A stretch of 64,000 nt of DNA from Clostridiales bacterium (GTDB lineage: Bacteria > Bacillota > Clostridia > Oscillospirales > Oscillospiraceae): the NCBI GenBank assembly GCA_019423635.1, contig JAHZBA010000005.1, positions 5,354 to 69,353 on the forward strand, in the 5' to 3' direction. Under the pieces are notes generated by a model. The model made no database searches. It had not been told where the DNA came from and saw only the letters and a program-made list of their open reading frames with translations. Of the stretch, positions 46,682-57,206 are shown one piece after another; the stretch's first letter is position 1; the number at the start of each line of letters is the position of its first letter. The position numbers and the translations under genes are program-made.

Positions 46682-47740
46682 ATGAAAATCGTTGTATTGG
46701 CGGGGGGGCTCTCCCCGGAGCGGGAGGTCTCCCTGGTTTCGGGCACCGGAATCTGCCGGGCCCTGCGGAAGCGGGGCCATCGGGCCGTGATGGCGGACCT
46801 GTTTTTGGGGCTGGAGGACGTGCCGGCGGATCTGGAGACGCTGTTTGACGCGCCGGACGGACTGTGTCCGGAGACGGCCATCGGGGCCGCGGCGCCGGAT
46901 CTGGAGGCGGTGAAGCGCCGGCGGCGGGACCAGGGGGCCAGCCATATCGGCCCCCACGTACTGGAGCTGTGCGCTTTGGCGGACCTGGTGTTCCTGGGCC
47001 TCCACGGCCGGGAGGGAGAGGACGGCCGGATTCAGGCGGCGCTGGAGCTGCTGGGGATTCCCTACACCGGCAGCGGGTATCTCAGCTCCGGCATGGCCAT
47101 GGACAAGGCCGTGGCCAAGCGGATGATGGACACCGCCGGGATTCCCACGCCGGAGTGGCGGATGCTGTCGTACACGGCGGAGGAGACGGGGCGTCTGGCG
47201 GCGGAGCTGCCCATGCCCTGCGTGATTAAAAACACCACCGGCGGATCCTCCCTGGGGGTGTTCCTGCCGGAGACCCGGGAGGCGCTGGGGGAGGCCCTGG
47301 AAAAGGTGCGCTCCTTCGGCGGTCAGGTGCTGTGGGAGCGGCGGATCTTCGGCCGGGAGCTGACCGTGGCGGTGCTGGGAGACCGGACGCTGCCGGCGGT
47401 GGAGACCCTTCCCGCCGGGAAGGACTTTGACTACGAGGCGAAGTATCAGGCGGGCGCCGCGGAGGAGATCTGCCCGGCGGAGATTCCGCCGGAGATCGCG
47501 AAGGCCGCCGGAGACCTGGCCCTGCGGGTCCACCGCCTGCTGGGGATGGAGGTCTACTCCCGGACGGATATGATTCTGGACGGGGAGAACCGGCTGTGGT
47601 GTCTGGAGGTCAACTCCCTGCCGGGGATGACGCCCACCAGCTTTGTTCCCCGGGAGGCCCGGGCGGTGGGCATGAGCTATGAGGAGCTGTGCGAGGAGAT
47701 CGTCCGGCTGAGTCTGGATGTAAAGAGGAGAGAAGACTGA
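46682..47740 (+). CDS. ddl: D-alanine--D-alanine ligase
   Basis: GG.SPEREVSL.SG, LHG..GEDG.IQ, MDK, GSS.GV, DYEAKY, EVNSLPGMT. Confidence 0.95.
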   Translation: MKIVVLAGGLSPEREVSLVSGTGICRALRKRGHRAVMADLFLGLEDVPADLETLFDAPDGLCPETAIGAAAPDLEAVKRRRRDQGASHIGPHVLELCALADLVFLGLHGREGEDGRIQAALELLGIPYTGSGYLSSGMAMDKAVAKRMMDTAGIPTPEWRMLSYTAEETGRLAAELPMPCVIKNTTGGSSLGVFLPETREALGEALEKVRSFGGQVLWERRIFGRELTVAVLGDRTLPAVETLPAGKDFDYEAKYQAGAAEEICPAEIPPEIAKAAGDLALRVHRLLGMEVYSRTDMILDGENRLWCLEVNSLPGMTPTSFVPREARAVGMSYEELCEEIVRLSLDVKRRED

Positions 47741-47741
47741 T

Positions 47742-49121
47742 ATGGTGCCCATGACTGTGCAGGAGATCGCCGACGCGGTACACGGCGAGTGGATCAATCC
47801 CAGAGAGGGCGCGGCCGCCGTGACGGAGGTCTGCACCGACAGCCGGAAGGTGGTTCCCGGCAGTCTCTTCCTGCCCTGGGTGGGCGAGAAGTTCGACGGA
47901 CACGACTTCATCGACAAGGCCCTGGACGGCGGCGCGGCGGGGTGCCTGTGCGCCCGGGTGCCGGAGACGCTGCGGCCGGACAGATTTTACATCCGGGTGG
48001 AGGACACCCGCCTGGCCCTGCGGGACCTGGCCTCCGCCTACCGGGGGCGGTTTGACATCCCCGTGATTCAGATCACCGGCAGCGTGGGCAAGACCACCAC
48101 CAAGGAGATGCTGGCGGCGGTTCTGGGGGCGAAGCTGCGGGTCCACAAGACGCCGGAGAACTATAATAACGACATCGGCACCCCCCTGGCGCTGCTGGGC
48201 CTTGGCCCGGAGCACCAGGCGGCGGTGATTGAGACGGGCATGAACCACGCCGGGGAGATCCGGTACCTGGGCGCGATGGTGCGGCCGGACATCGCCCTGA
48301 TCTCCAACATCGGCGACGCACATATCGAATTTTTGGGCAGCCGGGAGGGCATTCTCCAGGCCAAGTGTGAGATTTTTGAGCATCTGCGGGAGGGGGGACT
48401 GGCCGTCCTCAACGGGGACGACGCCCTGCTGGATACGCTCCATCTGCCCTTCCGGACCGTGCGCTGCGGCCAGTCCGAGCACTGCCAGGTGCGGATCACG
48501 GAGATTGCCGACCACGGGGTGGAGGGCATCACCTGCACCGTCGCCACGGAGCGGGATGTCTATCACCTGACGGTGCCGGCGCCGGGGGAGCATATGGCCT
48601 ATCCGGCCTCCATGGCGGTGGCCGTGGGGGAGGAGCTGGGGCTGAGCCGGGAGGAGATCCTCCGGGGGGTTGCGGCCTTTGAGCCCACGGGCTCCCGGAT
48701 GCGGGTGGTGCGGCTGCCCCAGGGGCGGATTCTCCTGGACGACTGCTACAACGCCAACCCCCAGTCCGTCACCGCGGCGCTGGAGGTGCTGGCCAAGACG
48801 GACTGCGAGCGGACGGTGGCGGTGCTGGGCGACATGGGCGAGCTGGGGGACCTGACGGATCAGGCCCACTACAACATGGGCGCGCTGGCGGCCATGCTGG
48901 GCATCGACCTGGTGGTGGCCGTGGGCACCAAGGCGGACCGGATTGCCGACGGGGTGTCCCTGAGCGGAGGCACGGTGCTGTGCTTTGACACGGCGGAGGA
49001 GGCCCTGCCGGCCCTGCGGGAACAGCTGGAGCCCGGCACCACCATGCTGGTGAAGGCGTCTCACGCCATGCACTTTGGACAGCTGGTGGATCAGCTGAGA
49101 GGAATTTATGAGAAGGTATGA
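47742..49121 (+). CDS. murF: UDP-MurNAc-tripeptide--D-Ala-D-Ala ligase
   Basis: DSRK, DGH.F, TGSVGKTTTK, NN.IG.P, GM.H.GEI, DD.YNANP.S, VLGDM.ELG, VKAS. Confidence 0.95.
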   Translation: MVPMTVQEIADAVHGEWINPREGAAAVTEVCTDSRKVVPGSLFLPWVGEKFDGHDFIDKALDGGAAGCLCARVPETLRPDRFYIRVEDTRLALRDLASAYRGRFDIPVIQITGSVGKTTTKEMLAAVLGAKLRVHKTPENYNNDIGTPLALLGLGPEHQAAVIETGMNHAGEIRYLGAMVRPDIALISNIGDAHIEFLGSREGILQAKCEIFEHLREGGLAVLNGDDALLDTLHLPFRTVRCGQSEHCQVRITEIADHGVEGITCTVATERDVYHLTVPAPGEHMAYPASMAVAVGEELGLSREEILRGVAAFEPTGSRMRVVRLPQGRILLDDCYNANPQSVTAALEVLAKTDCERTVAVLGDMGELGDLTDQAHYNMGALAAMLGIDLVVAVGTKADRIADGVSLSGGTVLCFDTAEEALPALREQLEPGTTMLVKASHAMHFGQLVDQLRGIYEKV

Positions 49122-51013
49122 TTGAGATACAGGTAAACGGCCTGGTGAAATCCTTTGAGGTGGGGCACAACGTCCTGGACGGCCTGACCTTTCAGATTGA
49201 CCAGGGGGAGCGGGTGGGCCTGCTTGGCAAGAACGGCGCCGGGAAGACCACGCTCTTTAAGATCTTGACCGGGGAGCTGGAGTGTGACGAGGGAACCGTC
49301 GCCGTGGGGCAGGGCCGCCGCCTGGGACTGATCTCCCAGATCCCCGTGTATCCGGCGGGATACACGGTGGAGGACGTGCTCCGCTCCGCCTTTTCCCGGC
49401 TGGAGAGTTTGTCGGAGGAGATGCGGTCCCTGGAGCGCCGCATGGCGGCGGGGGAGTCGGACCCCGCCCTGCTGCGGCGGTACGGGTCCCTGAGCGAGCG
49501 GTTTGAGGTCTTCGGCGGCTATGACACGGACATAGCGGTCAACAAAATTGCCAACGGCCTCTCCATCTCCCAGGAGATGCGGGCTCAGCTCTTTGACAGC
49601 CTCTCCGGCGGGGAGAAGACCCGGGTGAACCTGGGCCGCCTCATTCTGGAGGACACGGACATCCTGCTGCTGGACGAGCCCACCAACCACCTGGACCTCC
49701 ATGCCACGGAGTGGCTGGAGGAGTATATCCGCTCCTTCCGGGGCACGGTGGTGGCCATCTCCCATGACCGCTACTTCCTGGACCGGGTGGTGACCCGGGT
49801 CATTGAGATCATTGACGGCAAAGCGGAGTTCTACAGCGGCAACTACAGCTTCTACGCCGTGGAGAAGGAGCGGCGCTACCAGGAGCGCCTGAAGCAGTAC
49901 CAGAAGGAGCAGGCCAAAATTGAGCAGCTGGAGAAGGCGGCGGAGCAGCTGCGCCTCTGGGCCTTTATGGGCATGGACAAGACCTACCGCCGGGCCGTGA
50001 ACATCGAGCGGCGGATTGAGCGGATGCGCACCACCGAGAGACCCACCAAGGCGAGGAAGATGGACGCCCGATTCTCCACCGCCGAGTTCCACGGCGACGA
50101 GGTGCTGGGCCTCCGGAATCTGGCAAAAGCCTACGGGGACAAGCACCTTTTTGAGGGCATCACATTGAAGGTGGAGGGCGGCGAGCGGATCGCCCTGATC
50201 GGGGACAACGGCACGGGAAAGTCCACCCTCATCAAGATGATTATGGGGGAGGTGTACCCCGACGACGGCCGGATCAGGGTAGGCCCCCAGGTGAAAGCGG
50301 CCTACCTGCCCCAGATCATCCACTTTGACCACCCGGACTGGAACCTGGTGGAGAACATGATGGCGGCCAAGAAGGGCCTCTCGGCTCAGTCCGCCCGAAA
50401 CCGCCTGGCGGCCTACGACTTCCGGGGCGAGGACGTGTTCAAGCCGGTGTCGGTGCTCTCCGGCGGGGAGCAGAGCCGTCTCAGGCTCTGTATGCTGATG
50501 GACGACGAGGTGAACCTCCTGATTCTGGACGAGCCCACGAACCACCTGGACATCGCCTCCCGGGAGTGGATCGAGGAGGCGGTGGAGGCCTACGACGGGA
50601 CGCTCCTCTTTGTCAGCCACGACCGGTACTTCATCAACCGCTTTGCCACCCGGATCTGGGAGCTGGAGGGGGGGACCGTCACAGACTACCCCATGGGCTT
50701 CACCCAGTACCGGCAGGAGAAGGCCAAGGAGGCGGCGGAGAGGGCCGAGCCGCCAAAGCCCGCGAAGGAGAGGGTGGAACGCCCCGTCCGGGGCAACCGG
50801 GCCCAGCAGAACGCGCGGCGGCAGCTGACGATCTGCGAGCGGGAGATTGCGAAGGCGGAGGAGCAGATCACCGCCCTGGAGCGGGAGATGGAGGCGGCCG
50901 CCTGCGACTATGAGAAGCTGACCGCGTTGACGGCAGAGCGGGAGACGGCGCAGGCGGCGCTGGACGCGCTGTATGAGAAGTGGGAGCAGCTCAGCGAGGA
51001 AGCCGGAGAATAA
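49118..51013 (+). CDS. ABC-F family ATPase (ribosome-associated, Uup/YdiF-like)
   Basis: Two NBDs (GKNGAGKTT/LSGGE/LDEPTNHLD; GDNGTGKST/LSGGE/LDEPTNHLD), no TM, C-terminal coiled coil. Confidence 0.93.
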   Translation: MIEIQVNGLVKSFEVGHNVLDGLTFQIDQGERVGLLGKNGAGKTTLFKILTGELECDEGTVAVGQGRRLGLISQIPVYPAGYTVEDVLRSAFSRLESLSEEMRSLERRMAAGESDPALLRRYGSLSERFEVFGGYDTDIAVNKIANGLSISQEMRAQLFDSLSGGEKTRVNLGRLILEDTDILLLDEPTNHLDLHATEWLEEYIRSFRGTVVAISHDRYFLDRVVTRVIEIIDGKAEFYSGNYSFYAVEKERRYQERLKQYQKEQAKIEQLEKAAEQLRLWAFMGMDKTYRRAVNIERRIERMRTTERPTKARKMDARFSTAEFHGDEVLGLRNLAKAYGDKHLFEGITLKVEGGERIALIGDNGTGKSTLIKMIMGEVYPDDGRIRVGPQVKAAYLPQIIHFDHPDWNLVENMMAAKKGLSAQSARNRLAAYDFRGEDVFKPVSVLSGGEQSRLRLCMLMDDEVNLLILDEPTNHLDIASREWIEEAVEAYDGTLLFVSHDRYFINRFATRIWELEGGTVTDYPMGFTQYRQEKAKEAAERAEPPKPAKERVERPVRGNRAQQNARRQLTICEREIAKAEEQITALEREMEAAACDYEKLTALTAERETAQAALDALYEKWEQLSEEAGE

Positions 51014-51069
51014 AAAGTTTCGGTCAAGCCTTTTCAAAGGCTTGCGGGGTCCAGGGGCAGAGCCCCTGG
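51012..51069 (+). repeat. REP-like double-hairpin element, copy 1
   Basis: AAAAAGTTTCG + caagccttt-tc-aaaggcttg + ccaggggc-aga-gcccctgg. Confidence 0.8.
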
Positions 51070-51165
51070 GGATATGGGGCGAAGCCCCAACGTCATCGTG
51101 GAGAAGCAAGGCGAAGCCGATGCTTCTCCCGGAAAACTCCCAAGAGAAGACCCAAAAGAGGAACC

Positions 51166-51924
51166 ATGAAGAAAAACCTACCCTATATTTTTATTGCCGC
51201 CCTCATCCTGGGAGGCCTGGCGCTGATCGTCATCCCCAACGGAATGCGCTTTACCGGCTGCCTGCTGCTGTGGGCCGCGGCTCTCTGGATTGTCTGGCTC
51301 CTGCTCACCCGCTGGGCCAGAAACTCAAAAGCGGGCCGATGGTGCCGCCGGCTCTTCACCATAGGGCTCACCGCCCTGCTGACGGTGCTGTGCGCCTTCG
51401 AGATCGCCATCGTCTCCCACGGCGAGGCGGACCACTCCGCCCTCCCCGTGGACGCGGTGATCGTCCTGGGGGCCGGCGTCAACGGCGAGACCCCCTCGGC
51501 GGCGCTGTGGAGCCGCATCCGGGCCGCGGCGAACTACCTGCAAACCCATCCGGAGGTCCCCGTGGTCCTCTCCGGCGGCCAGGGCCCCGGGGAGGAGATC
51601 ACGGAGGCGGAGGCTATGCGCCGGGCGCTGTGGACCAACAGCGCCGAGGAGAACGCCCGCTACCTTCTGGAAGAGCGCTCCACCAGCACGGCGGAGAACT
51701 TCCGCTTTTCCAGAGAGCTCCTGGAGGAGCACGGCCTGGACACGGACACGGCGGTCATCGCCGTGGTGACCAACGACTTCCACTGCTTCCGGACCCACCT
51801 GATCGCCCGGCGGGCGGGATTGAACACCGTCGACGTCCCGGCGGAGCTGCCCTGGTGGTGGCTGAGCGCCAACTATTACCTGCGGGAGTCCTTCGCACTG
51901 GTGAAGACCCTGCTGTTTGATTGA
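51166..51924 (+). CDS. YdcF/DUF218 (ElyC/SanA-like) membrane protein
   Basis: IVLGAG, SGGQG, EAEAM, E.RSTST.EN, VTNDFH..R, RE. Confidence 0.92.
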   Translation: MKKNLPYIFIAALILGGLALIVIPNGMRFTGCLLLWAAALWIVWLLLTRWARNSKAGRWCRRLFTIGLTALLTVLCAFEIAIVSHGEADHSALPVDAVIVLGAGVNGETPSAALWSRIRAAANYLQTHPEVPVVLSGGQGPGEEITEAEAMRRALWTNSAEENARYLLEERSTSTAENFRFSRELLEEHGLDTDTAVIAVVTNDFHCFRTHLIARRAGLNTVDVPAELPWWWLSANYYLRESFALVKTLLFD

Positions 51925-51983
51925 AGGAATATCGTTCGCGGAGCGCCGTGCCGCTTCGCGGTTTCGTCAGAAGAGGTGGATAT

Positions 51984-52466
51984 ATGAGCGAGATATTATG
52001 TGTGTATTACTCCCGAACGGGACATACCAGACAGGCCATGGAGGAGATTGCCCAGGCCCTGGACGCGGAGCTGGTGGAGATCAGCGACGGCAGGGACCGC
52101 AGCGGCGCCCTGGGCGTTCTGCGCTGCGGGCTGGACGCCATGAAGCGGACCACCCGGCCCGTCAGGGCCTTCCAGACCAAGCGGCCTCTGGAGAGCTACC
52201 GCCTGGTGATCGTGGGGTCCCCCATTTGGGCGGGGCGGTGCAGCAGCGTGGTCCGGGGCTTTATGAAGCAGTACGGAAAGAGCATTTCAAATGCGGCCTA
52301 TGTGGTCACCCGGGGCAGCGAGGACCGGAACGAGGAGGTCTTTGACCAGATGGACCTGTATGCCCCCTGCGGCCACCAGGCCGCCGTGTCGCTGCGCAGC
52401 GGCTCCGTGGGCTATGCCTTCTGGCAGGAGGAATTTTTGCGGCAGGTGCGGGAATTTTTGAAGTAG
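51984..52466 (+). CDS. Flavodoxin-like protein
   Basis: YYSRTGHT..A...IA, G.PIWAG; ATG after GAGGTG. Confidence 0.85.
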   Translation: MSEILCVYYSRTGHTRQAMEEIAQALDAELVEISDGRDRSGALGVLRCGLDAMKRTTRPVRAFQTKRPLESYRLVIVGSPIWAGRCSSVVRGFMKQYGKSISNAAYVVTRGSEDRNEEVFDQMDLYAPCGHQAAVSLRSGSVGYAFWQEEFLRQVREFLK

Positions 52467-52505
52467 GGGCACCGTTTTTCAATGTTTGATGAGAGGAGCC
52501 GGCGG

Positions 52506-53570
52506 ATGTTGGACAAGATAAAGGCGCTGGCACTGCGGTATGAGGATCTGCAGGCTCAGCTGGCAGATCCGGACGTCTACGGCGACGCCGCCCGGCTGCG
52601 GGATCTCAACCGGGAGCTCAAGGAGCTGGAGCCGGTGGCGGCGGCCTGCCGGGCCTGGCAGGAGGCGTTGGGGAGACAGGAGGAGGCGGAGTCCCTGCTC
52701 CACGACCCGGAGTTTCGGGATCTGGCCCAGGAGGAGCTGGCGGCGGCCCGGACGGAGCTCCAGCGGCTGGAGGGGGAGATCCGCCTGCTGCTGCTTCCCC
52801 GGGACCCGGACAGCCACCGGGACGTGGTGATGGAGCTGCGGGGCGGCGTCGGCGGCGAGGAGGGCGCGCTGTTTGCGGCGGCCCTTCTGCGGATGTACAC
52901 CATGTACGCCCAGAGCCGGGGCTGGCGGATGGAGATGGTCAATCTCAATGAGACGGAGCTGGGGGGCGTGAAGGAGTGCAGCGTTCTCATCGAGGGCGAG
53001 GGCGTCTTCTCCCGGCTGAAGTTTGAAAGCGGCGTCCACCGGGTCCAGCGGGTGCCGGAGACGGAGTCCGGAGGCCGGATTCACACCAGCGCCGCCACCG
53101 TGGCGGTCCTGCCCTCGGCGGAGGAGGTGGACGTGGAGATCAACCCCAGGGATCTCCAGATCGACACCTACCGCGCCTCCGGAGCCGGGGGACAGCACGT
53201 CAACAAGACGGAATCCGCCATCCGGATCACCCACCTGCCCACAGGCCTTGTGGTGGAGTGCCAGGACGAGCGGAGCCAGTATAAAAACAAGGACAAGGCT
53301 ATGAAGGTCCTGCGGTCCCGGCTCTATGAGATGGAGCGGGAGCGCCGGGCCGCGGCGGAGGCCGCCCAGCGCCGCTCCCAGGTGGGCAGCGGCGACCGCA
53401 GTGAGCGCATCCGCACCTACAACTTCCCCCAGGGCCGGGTGACGGACCACCGCATCGGTCTGACGCTCTACAAGCTGGACGCCGTGATGGACGGCCAGCT
53501 GGACGAGATCATCGACGCCCTGGTGACGGCGGAGCAGGCGGAGAAGCTGAGAGGCGGCGCGGCGGAGTGA
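52506..53570 (+). CDS. prfA: Peptide chain release factor 1
   Basis: VQRVPETE (PxT), [25 protein letters not shown]. Confidence 0.96.
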   Translation: MLDKIKALALRYEDLQAQLADPDVYGDAARLRDLNRELKELEPVAAACRAWQEALGRQEEAESLLHDPEFRDLAQEELAAARTELQRLEGEIRLLLLPRDPDSHRDVVMELRGGVGGEEGALFAAALLRMYTMYAQSRGWRMEMVNLNETELGGVKECSVLIEGEGVFSRLKFESGVHRVQRVPETESGGRIHTSAATVAVLPSAEEVDVEINPRDLQIDTYRASGAGGQHVNKTESAIRITHLPTGLVVECQDERSQYKNKDKAMKVLRSRLYEMERERRAAAEAAQRRSQVGSGDRSERIRTYNFPQGRVTDHRIGLTLYKLDAVMDGQLDEIIDALVTAEQAEKLRGGAAE

Positions 53571-53626
53571 GGGAGTATTGGAAACCGGCGGGGAATCCCC
53601 CGCAAGAGAGATAGAGGCGAACACAT

Positions 53627-55297
53627 ATGATGCAGACGATCTATTATGACTTACGGGATATCAAGGGACCTCAGAAGGAGATCCGGGACAAGGTCAGCGC
53701 CGCCGCCAAAATCCTGCGGGAGGGCGGTCTGGTGGGCCTGCCCACCGAGACGGTGTACGGCCTGGGGGCCAACGGGCTGGACGGCGCCGCCGTCCGGAAG
53801 ATCTTTGAGGCCAAGGGCCGTCCCCAGGACAATCCGCTGATTCTCCACGTCACCGGCCCCCAGTGGCTGCCCCGCTACTGTGCGGAGGTGCCGCCCATGG
53901 CCTATGTGCTGGCCAGAAAGTTCTGGCCCGGTCCCCTGACGCTGATCCTGAAGCGGGGCCCCGGGATTCCGGACGAGACCACCGCGGGGCTGGACACCAT
54001 TGCCGTCCGCTGCCCCAACCACCCGGTGACCCTGGCCATCATCCGGGAGGCGGGGGTGCCCATCGCGGCGCCCAGCGCCAACCTCTCCGGCCGCCCCAGC
54101 TGTACCACGGCGGAGGATGTGCTGGAGGATATGAACGGCAGAATCCAGTGCCTGGTGGACGGCGGCCCCTGCACCGTGGGAGTGGAGTCCACCATTCTGG
54201 ATTTGACCTGCGAGCCGCCCCGGCTGCTGCGCCCCGGCGGGGTGTCCATGGAGACCCTGGAGCAGATGATCGGCCCCATCCTGCTGGATAAGGCCGTCAG
54301 CAGCAGCCTCTCGGAGGGAGAGCAGCCCCGGGCCCCCGGGATGAAGTACCGCCATTATGCGCCCAAGGCGCCTGTCACGGTGATTACCGGCGCGCCCGGA
54401 AACTCCGCCCGGGAGATCCTGCGGCGGGCGGGGCCGACCTCCGGCGTCATCTGCTTTGAGGAGTACGCCGCCCGCTTCACAGGGCAGAAGGTCCAGTCCC
54501 TGGGCCCCAGCCAGGATAAGCAGACCCAGGCCCAGCGGGTCTTTGACGCCCTGCGGTTTTTCGACAGCCAGGACGTGACGGAGATCTACGCCCAGTGCCC
54601 CGACAACCAGGGTCTGGGCCTGGCCATCGCCAACCGGCTGAAAAAGGCCGCGGGCTTCCGCATCATCGACGCCGACAGCCCCCGGGTGGTGCTGGGCATC
54701 ACCGGCTGCACCGGCGCGGGGAAGACCAGCGTGCTGGAGGCCCTGCGGAGCATGGGGGGCACGGTGGTGGACTGCGACGCCGTGTACCACCGGATGCTGG
54801 AGGAGAGCGACGAGCTGCGCAACGCCATCAACGTGGTCTTTCCCGGCGTGTTCACCACGGAGGGGAAGCTGAACCGGCAGAAGCTGGGGAAGGAGGTCTT
54901 TGCCCAGCGGGACCGGCTGGCCCGGCTGAATGAGATCGTCTTTCAGTATGTGGTGCCGGAGGTCCAGCGGCAGATAGGCAGCGAGGCGGGACTGTACGCC
55001 GTGGACGCCATCAATCTGCTGGAGAGCGGCCTTGCGGAGCTGTGCGACTGCACCATCGCCGTGACGGCTCCCACGGAGCTGCGGGTCCGGCGAATCATGG
55101 CGCGGGACGGCATCTCGGAGCAGTACGCCCGGATGCGGGTCACCGCGCAGAAATCCGATGAGTACTACCGCACCAAGTGCGACTATGAACTGGCCAACGC
55201 CGGGGACGATCCCCAGGCCTTCCAGGCGGAAGCCCGGGAATTCTTCCGGCGGCTGATTGAGGCCATCAAGGAGGAAAAAGCCCGTGGAAAAGAATGA
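53627..55297 (+). CDS. sua5: Sua5/TsaC2 threonylcarbamoyl-AMP synthase fused to dephospho-CoA kinase (CoaE)
   Basis: PTETVYGL, KGRP.DNPLI.H, APSAN.SG, PGMKYRHY, NRL.KAA; then GITG.TGAGKT, DCD..YH, LNR..LG..VF, R..RIM.RD. Confidence 0.9.
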   Translation: MMQTIYYDLRDIKGPQKEIRDKVSAAAKILREGGLVGLPTETVYGLGANGLDGAAVRKIFEAKGRPQDNPLILHVTGPQWLPRYCAEVPPMAYVLARKFWPGPLTLILKRGPGIPDETTAGLDTIAVRCPNHPVTLAIIREAGVPIAAPSANLSGRPSCTTAEDVLEDMNGRIQCLVDGGPCTVGVESTILDLTCEPPRLLRPGGVSMETLEQMIGPILLDKAVSSSLSEGEQPRAPGMKYRHYAPKAPVTVITGAPGNSAREILRRAGPTSGVICFEEYAARFTGQKVQSLGPSQDKQTQAQRVFDALRFFDSQDVTEIYAQCPDNQGLGLAIANRLKKAAGFRIIDADSPRVVLGITGCTGAGKTSVLEALRSMGGTVVDCDAVYHRMLEESDELRNAINVVFPGVFTTEGKLNRQKLGKEVFAQRDRLARLNEIVFQYVVPEVQRQIGSEAGLYAVDAINLLESGLAELCDCTIAVTAPTELRVRRIMARDGISEQYARMRVTAQKSDEYYRTKCDYELANAGDDPQAFQAEAREFFRRLIEAIKEEKARGKE

Positions 55298-56687
55298 GTT
55301 CAAGGAGTGGAAGGAGAAGCTGTTCTCCGGAAAAAAGAACGGCTACGACAAACTGACGGCGCAGGAGCTGGAGGCCATGGAGGCCTACTGCACCGGCTAC
55401 AAGGCCTACCTGGACGAGGGAAAGACCGAGCGGCTCTGCGCCGCCGAGAGCATCCGCCTGGCCGAGAGCGCCGGCTACCGGCCCTACACCCGCGGCATGG
55501 CGCTGAAGGCGGGGGACAAGGTCTACCGCTGCAACCGGGGCAAGGCGGTGATGCTGGCCCACATCGGGGAGCGGAGCCTGGCGGAGGGCGTCCAGATCGC
55601 CGCCGCCCATATCGACTCCCCCCGGCTGGACTTGAAGCCCAACCCGCTGTATGAGGACAGCGAGCTGGCCTACTTCAAGACCCACTACTACGGCGGCATC
55701 CGCAAGTACCAGTGGGTGACGCTGCCGCTGGAGCTCCACGGCGTGGCGGTGCTGAAGGACGGCACCCAGGTGGCGGTGCACATCGGCGCCGCGCCGGGGG
55801 AGCCGCGGCTGGTGATTACGGATCTCCTGCCCCATCTGGGCCAGGAGCAGGCGAAAAAGCCTCTGGCCAGCGCCATCCCCGGCGAGACGCTGAACCTGCT
55901 GCTGGGCAGCCGCCCCATCGGGGAGGAGGACGAAAAGGGCCGGGTGAAGCTGGCCGTCATGAAGCTCCTCTATGAGAAGTACGGCATTGTGGAGGACGAC
56001 TTCACCTCCGCGGAGCTGGAGGCGGTGCCGGCGGGCACAGCCTGCGACGTGGGGCTGGACCGCTCGCTGATCGGCGCCTACGGCCACGACGACCGGGTGT
56101 GCGCCTACGCCGCGCTGCGGGCGCTGCTGGATCTTGCAAAGACGCCGGAGAAGACCGCCGTCTGTATGCTGGCGGACAAGGAGGAGATCGGCTCCGACGG
56201 CGTGACGGGAATGCAGTCTGCGGCCTTTGACACCTTCCTGGAGGACCTGTGCGACAGCCAGGGCGTTCCCCTGCGGGTGTGCTTTGAGAACTCCTTCTGC
56301 CTCAGCGCCGACGTGACGGCGGCCTACGACCCCAACTATCCGGACGTGTTTGAAAAGCGGAACGAGGCAAAGGTGAATTACGGCATCAGCCTGTGCAAGT
56401 ATACCGGCTCCCGGGGCAAATCCGGGGCCTCCGACGCCGACGCGGAGACGGTGGCCTATGTGCGGCGCCTGTTCGACGGGGCCGGTGTCATCTGGCAGAT
56501 CACGGAGCTGGGCAAGGTGGACGCCGGCGGCGGCGGGACGGTGGCCATGTATATGGCAAACCGGAATATCGCCACGCTGGACGCCGGCGTGCCGGTGCTG
56601 AGTATGCACGCGCCCTTTGAGACCGTGGCCAAGCTGGACTGCTATGAGACGTACCTTGGCATGAAAGCCGTCTATCAGGCGACGTAA
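55284..56687 (+). CDS. M18-family aminopeptidase (ApeA-like)
   Basis: AHIDSPRLDLKP, HYYGGI.KYQW, DDRVC, KEEIGS, SADV, SMHAP; GTG start after GGAGG. Confidence 0.93.
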   Translation: MEKNEFKEWKEKLFSGKKNGYDKLTAQELEAMEAYCTGYKAYLDEGKTERLCAAESIRLAESAGYRPYTRGMALKAGDKVYRCNRGKAVMLAHIGERSLAEGVQIAAAHIDSPRLDLKPNPLYEDSELAYFKTHYYGGIRKYQWVTLPLELHGVAVLKDGTQVAVHIGAAPGEPRLVITDLLPHLGQEQAKKPLASAIPGETLNLLLGSRPIGEEDEKGRVKLAVMKLLYEKYGIVEDDFTSAELEAVPAGTACDVGLDRSLIGAYGHDDRVCAYAALRALLDLAKTPEKTAVCMLADKEEIGSDGVTGMQSAAFDTFLEDLCDSQGVPLRVCFENSFCLSADVTAAYDPNYPDVFEKRNEAKVNYGISLCKYTGSRGKSGASDADAETVAYVRRLFDGAGVIWQITELGKVDAGGGGTVAMYMANRNIATLDAGVPVLSMHAPFETVAKLDCYETYLGMKAVYQAT

Positions 56688-56688
56688 G

Positions 56689-56747
56689 AAAAAAGTTTCG
56701 TCCGCCTTTTCAAAGGCGGCGGGGGTCCAGGGGGCGGCGCCCCCTGG
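56689..56747 (+). repeat. REP-like double-hairpin element, copy 2
   Basis: AAAAAGTTTCG + ccgccttt-tc-aaaggcgg + ccagggggc-ggc-gccccctgg. Confidence 0.8.
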
Positions 56748-56772
56748 GGAGACGCCGGGACAATACCTCTGC

Positions 56773-56813
56773 AAAAAACGGGCGCCCGGGGCGAGAGCCC
56801 CGGGCGCTTCTTC
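56773..56813. terminator. Terminator-like hairpin between convergent units
   Basis: gcgcccgggg-cgagag-ccccgggcgc flanked by an A-run and ttctt. Confidence 0.6.
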
Positions 56814-56841
56814 GCCTTGAAAAGGGTTTCCAGAACACCTC

Positions 56842-56863
56842 GTAGGGGCGGCTATTAGCCGCC
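56842..56863 (+). repeat. GTAG-type REP-like palindrome (single copy seen)
   Basis: GTAG followed by ggcggct-att-agccgcc. Confidence 0.4.
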
Positions 56864-57206
56864 GGTTTCCCAACGATATCCGGATCTCCACTGGTACTCC
56901 GCCAAGCTGAAACATTGCATTTGTCTTTGGGCCGGATTTCCGCATGGCTTCATTGTCCCCGCAAGGAGGATGCCGCATCCGCAAGGCGACAGAGCTGCCA
57001 GCGGCTGCGCAGTTGTCCTTAGTGGGCGTCAGCCCATCGGCGTCCTCCACCTCGCCCTGCAAAAATCCTGCTCCAAATCCAATCTGCAATTTCTAACTTG
57101 GCAGAGTACCAGGGCCTGTTCATAACCGCCCCTGCATACCGGATCTCCCGCAGCCAGGCAGAAAAAGATCCCCTGAGATGGTGTTTTTCTATTTTTCAAA
57201 CACGGC

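Noticed and set aside
46682..47740. Possible vancomycin-resistance ligase next to a two-component system
   Set aside because: The omega loop DYEAKY is of the D-Ala-D-Ala type, the gene is paired with murF, no vanH/X/T/Y is present, and the TCS is LytTR/AgrC-type rather than VanRS.
49118..51013. Antibiotic-resistance ABC-F
   Set aside because: Housekeeping context and a Uup/YdiF-like C-terminal coiled coil; nothing in the sequence supports a resistance call.
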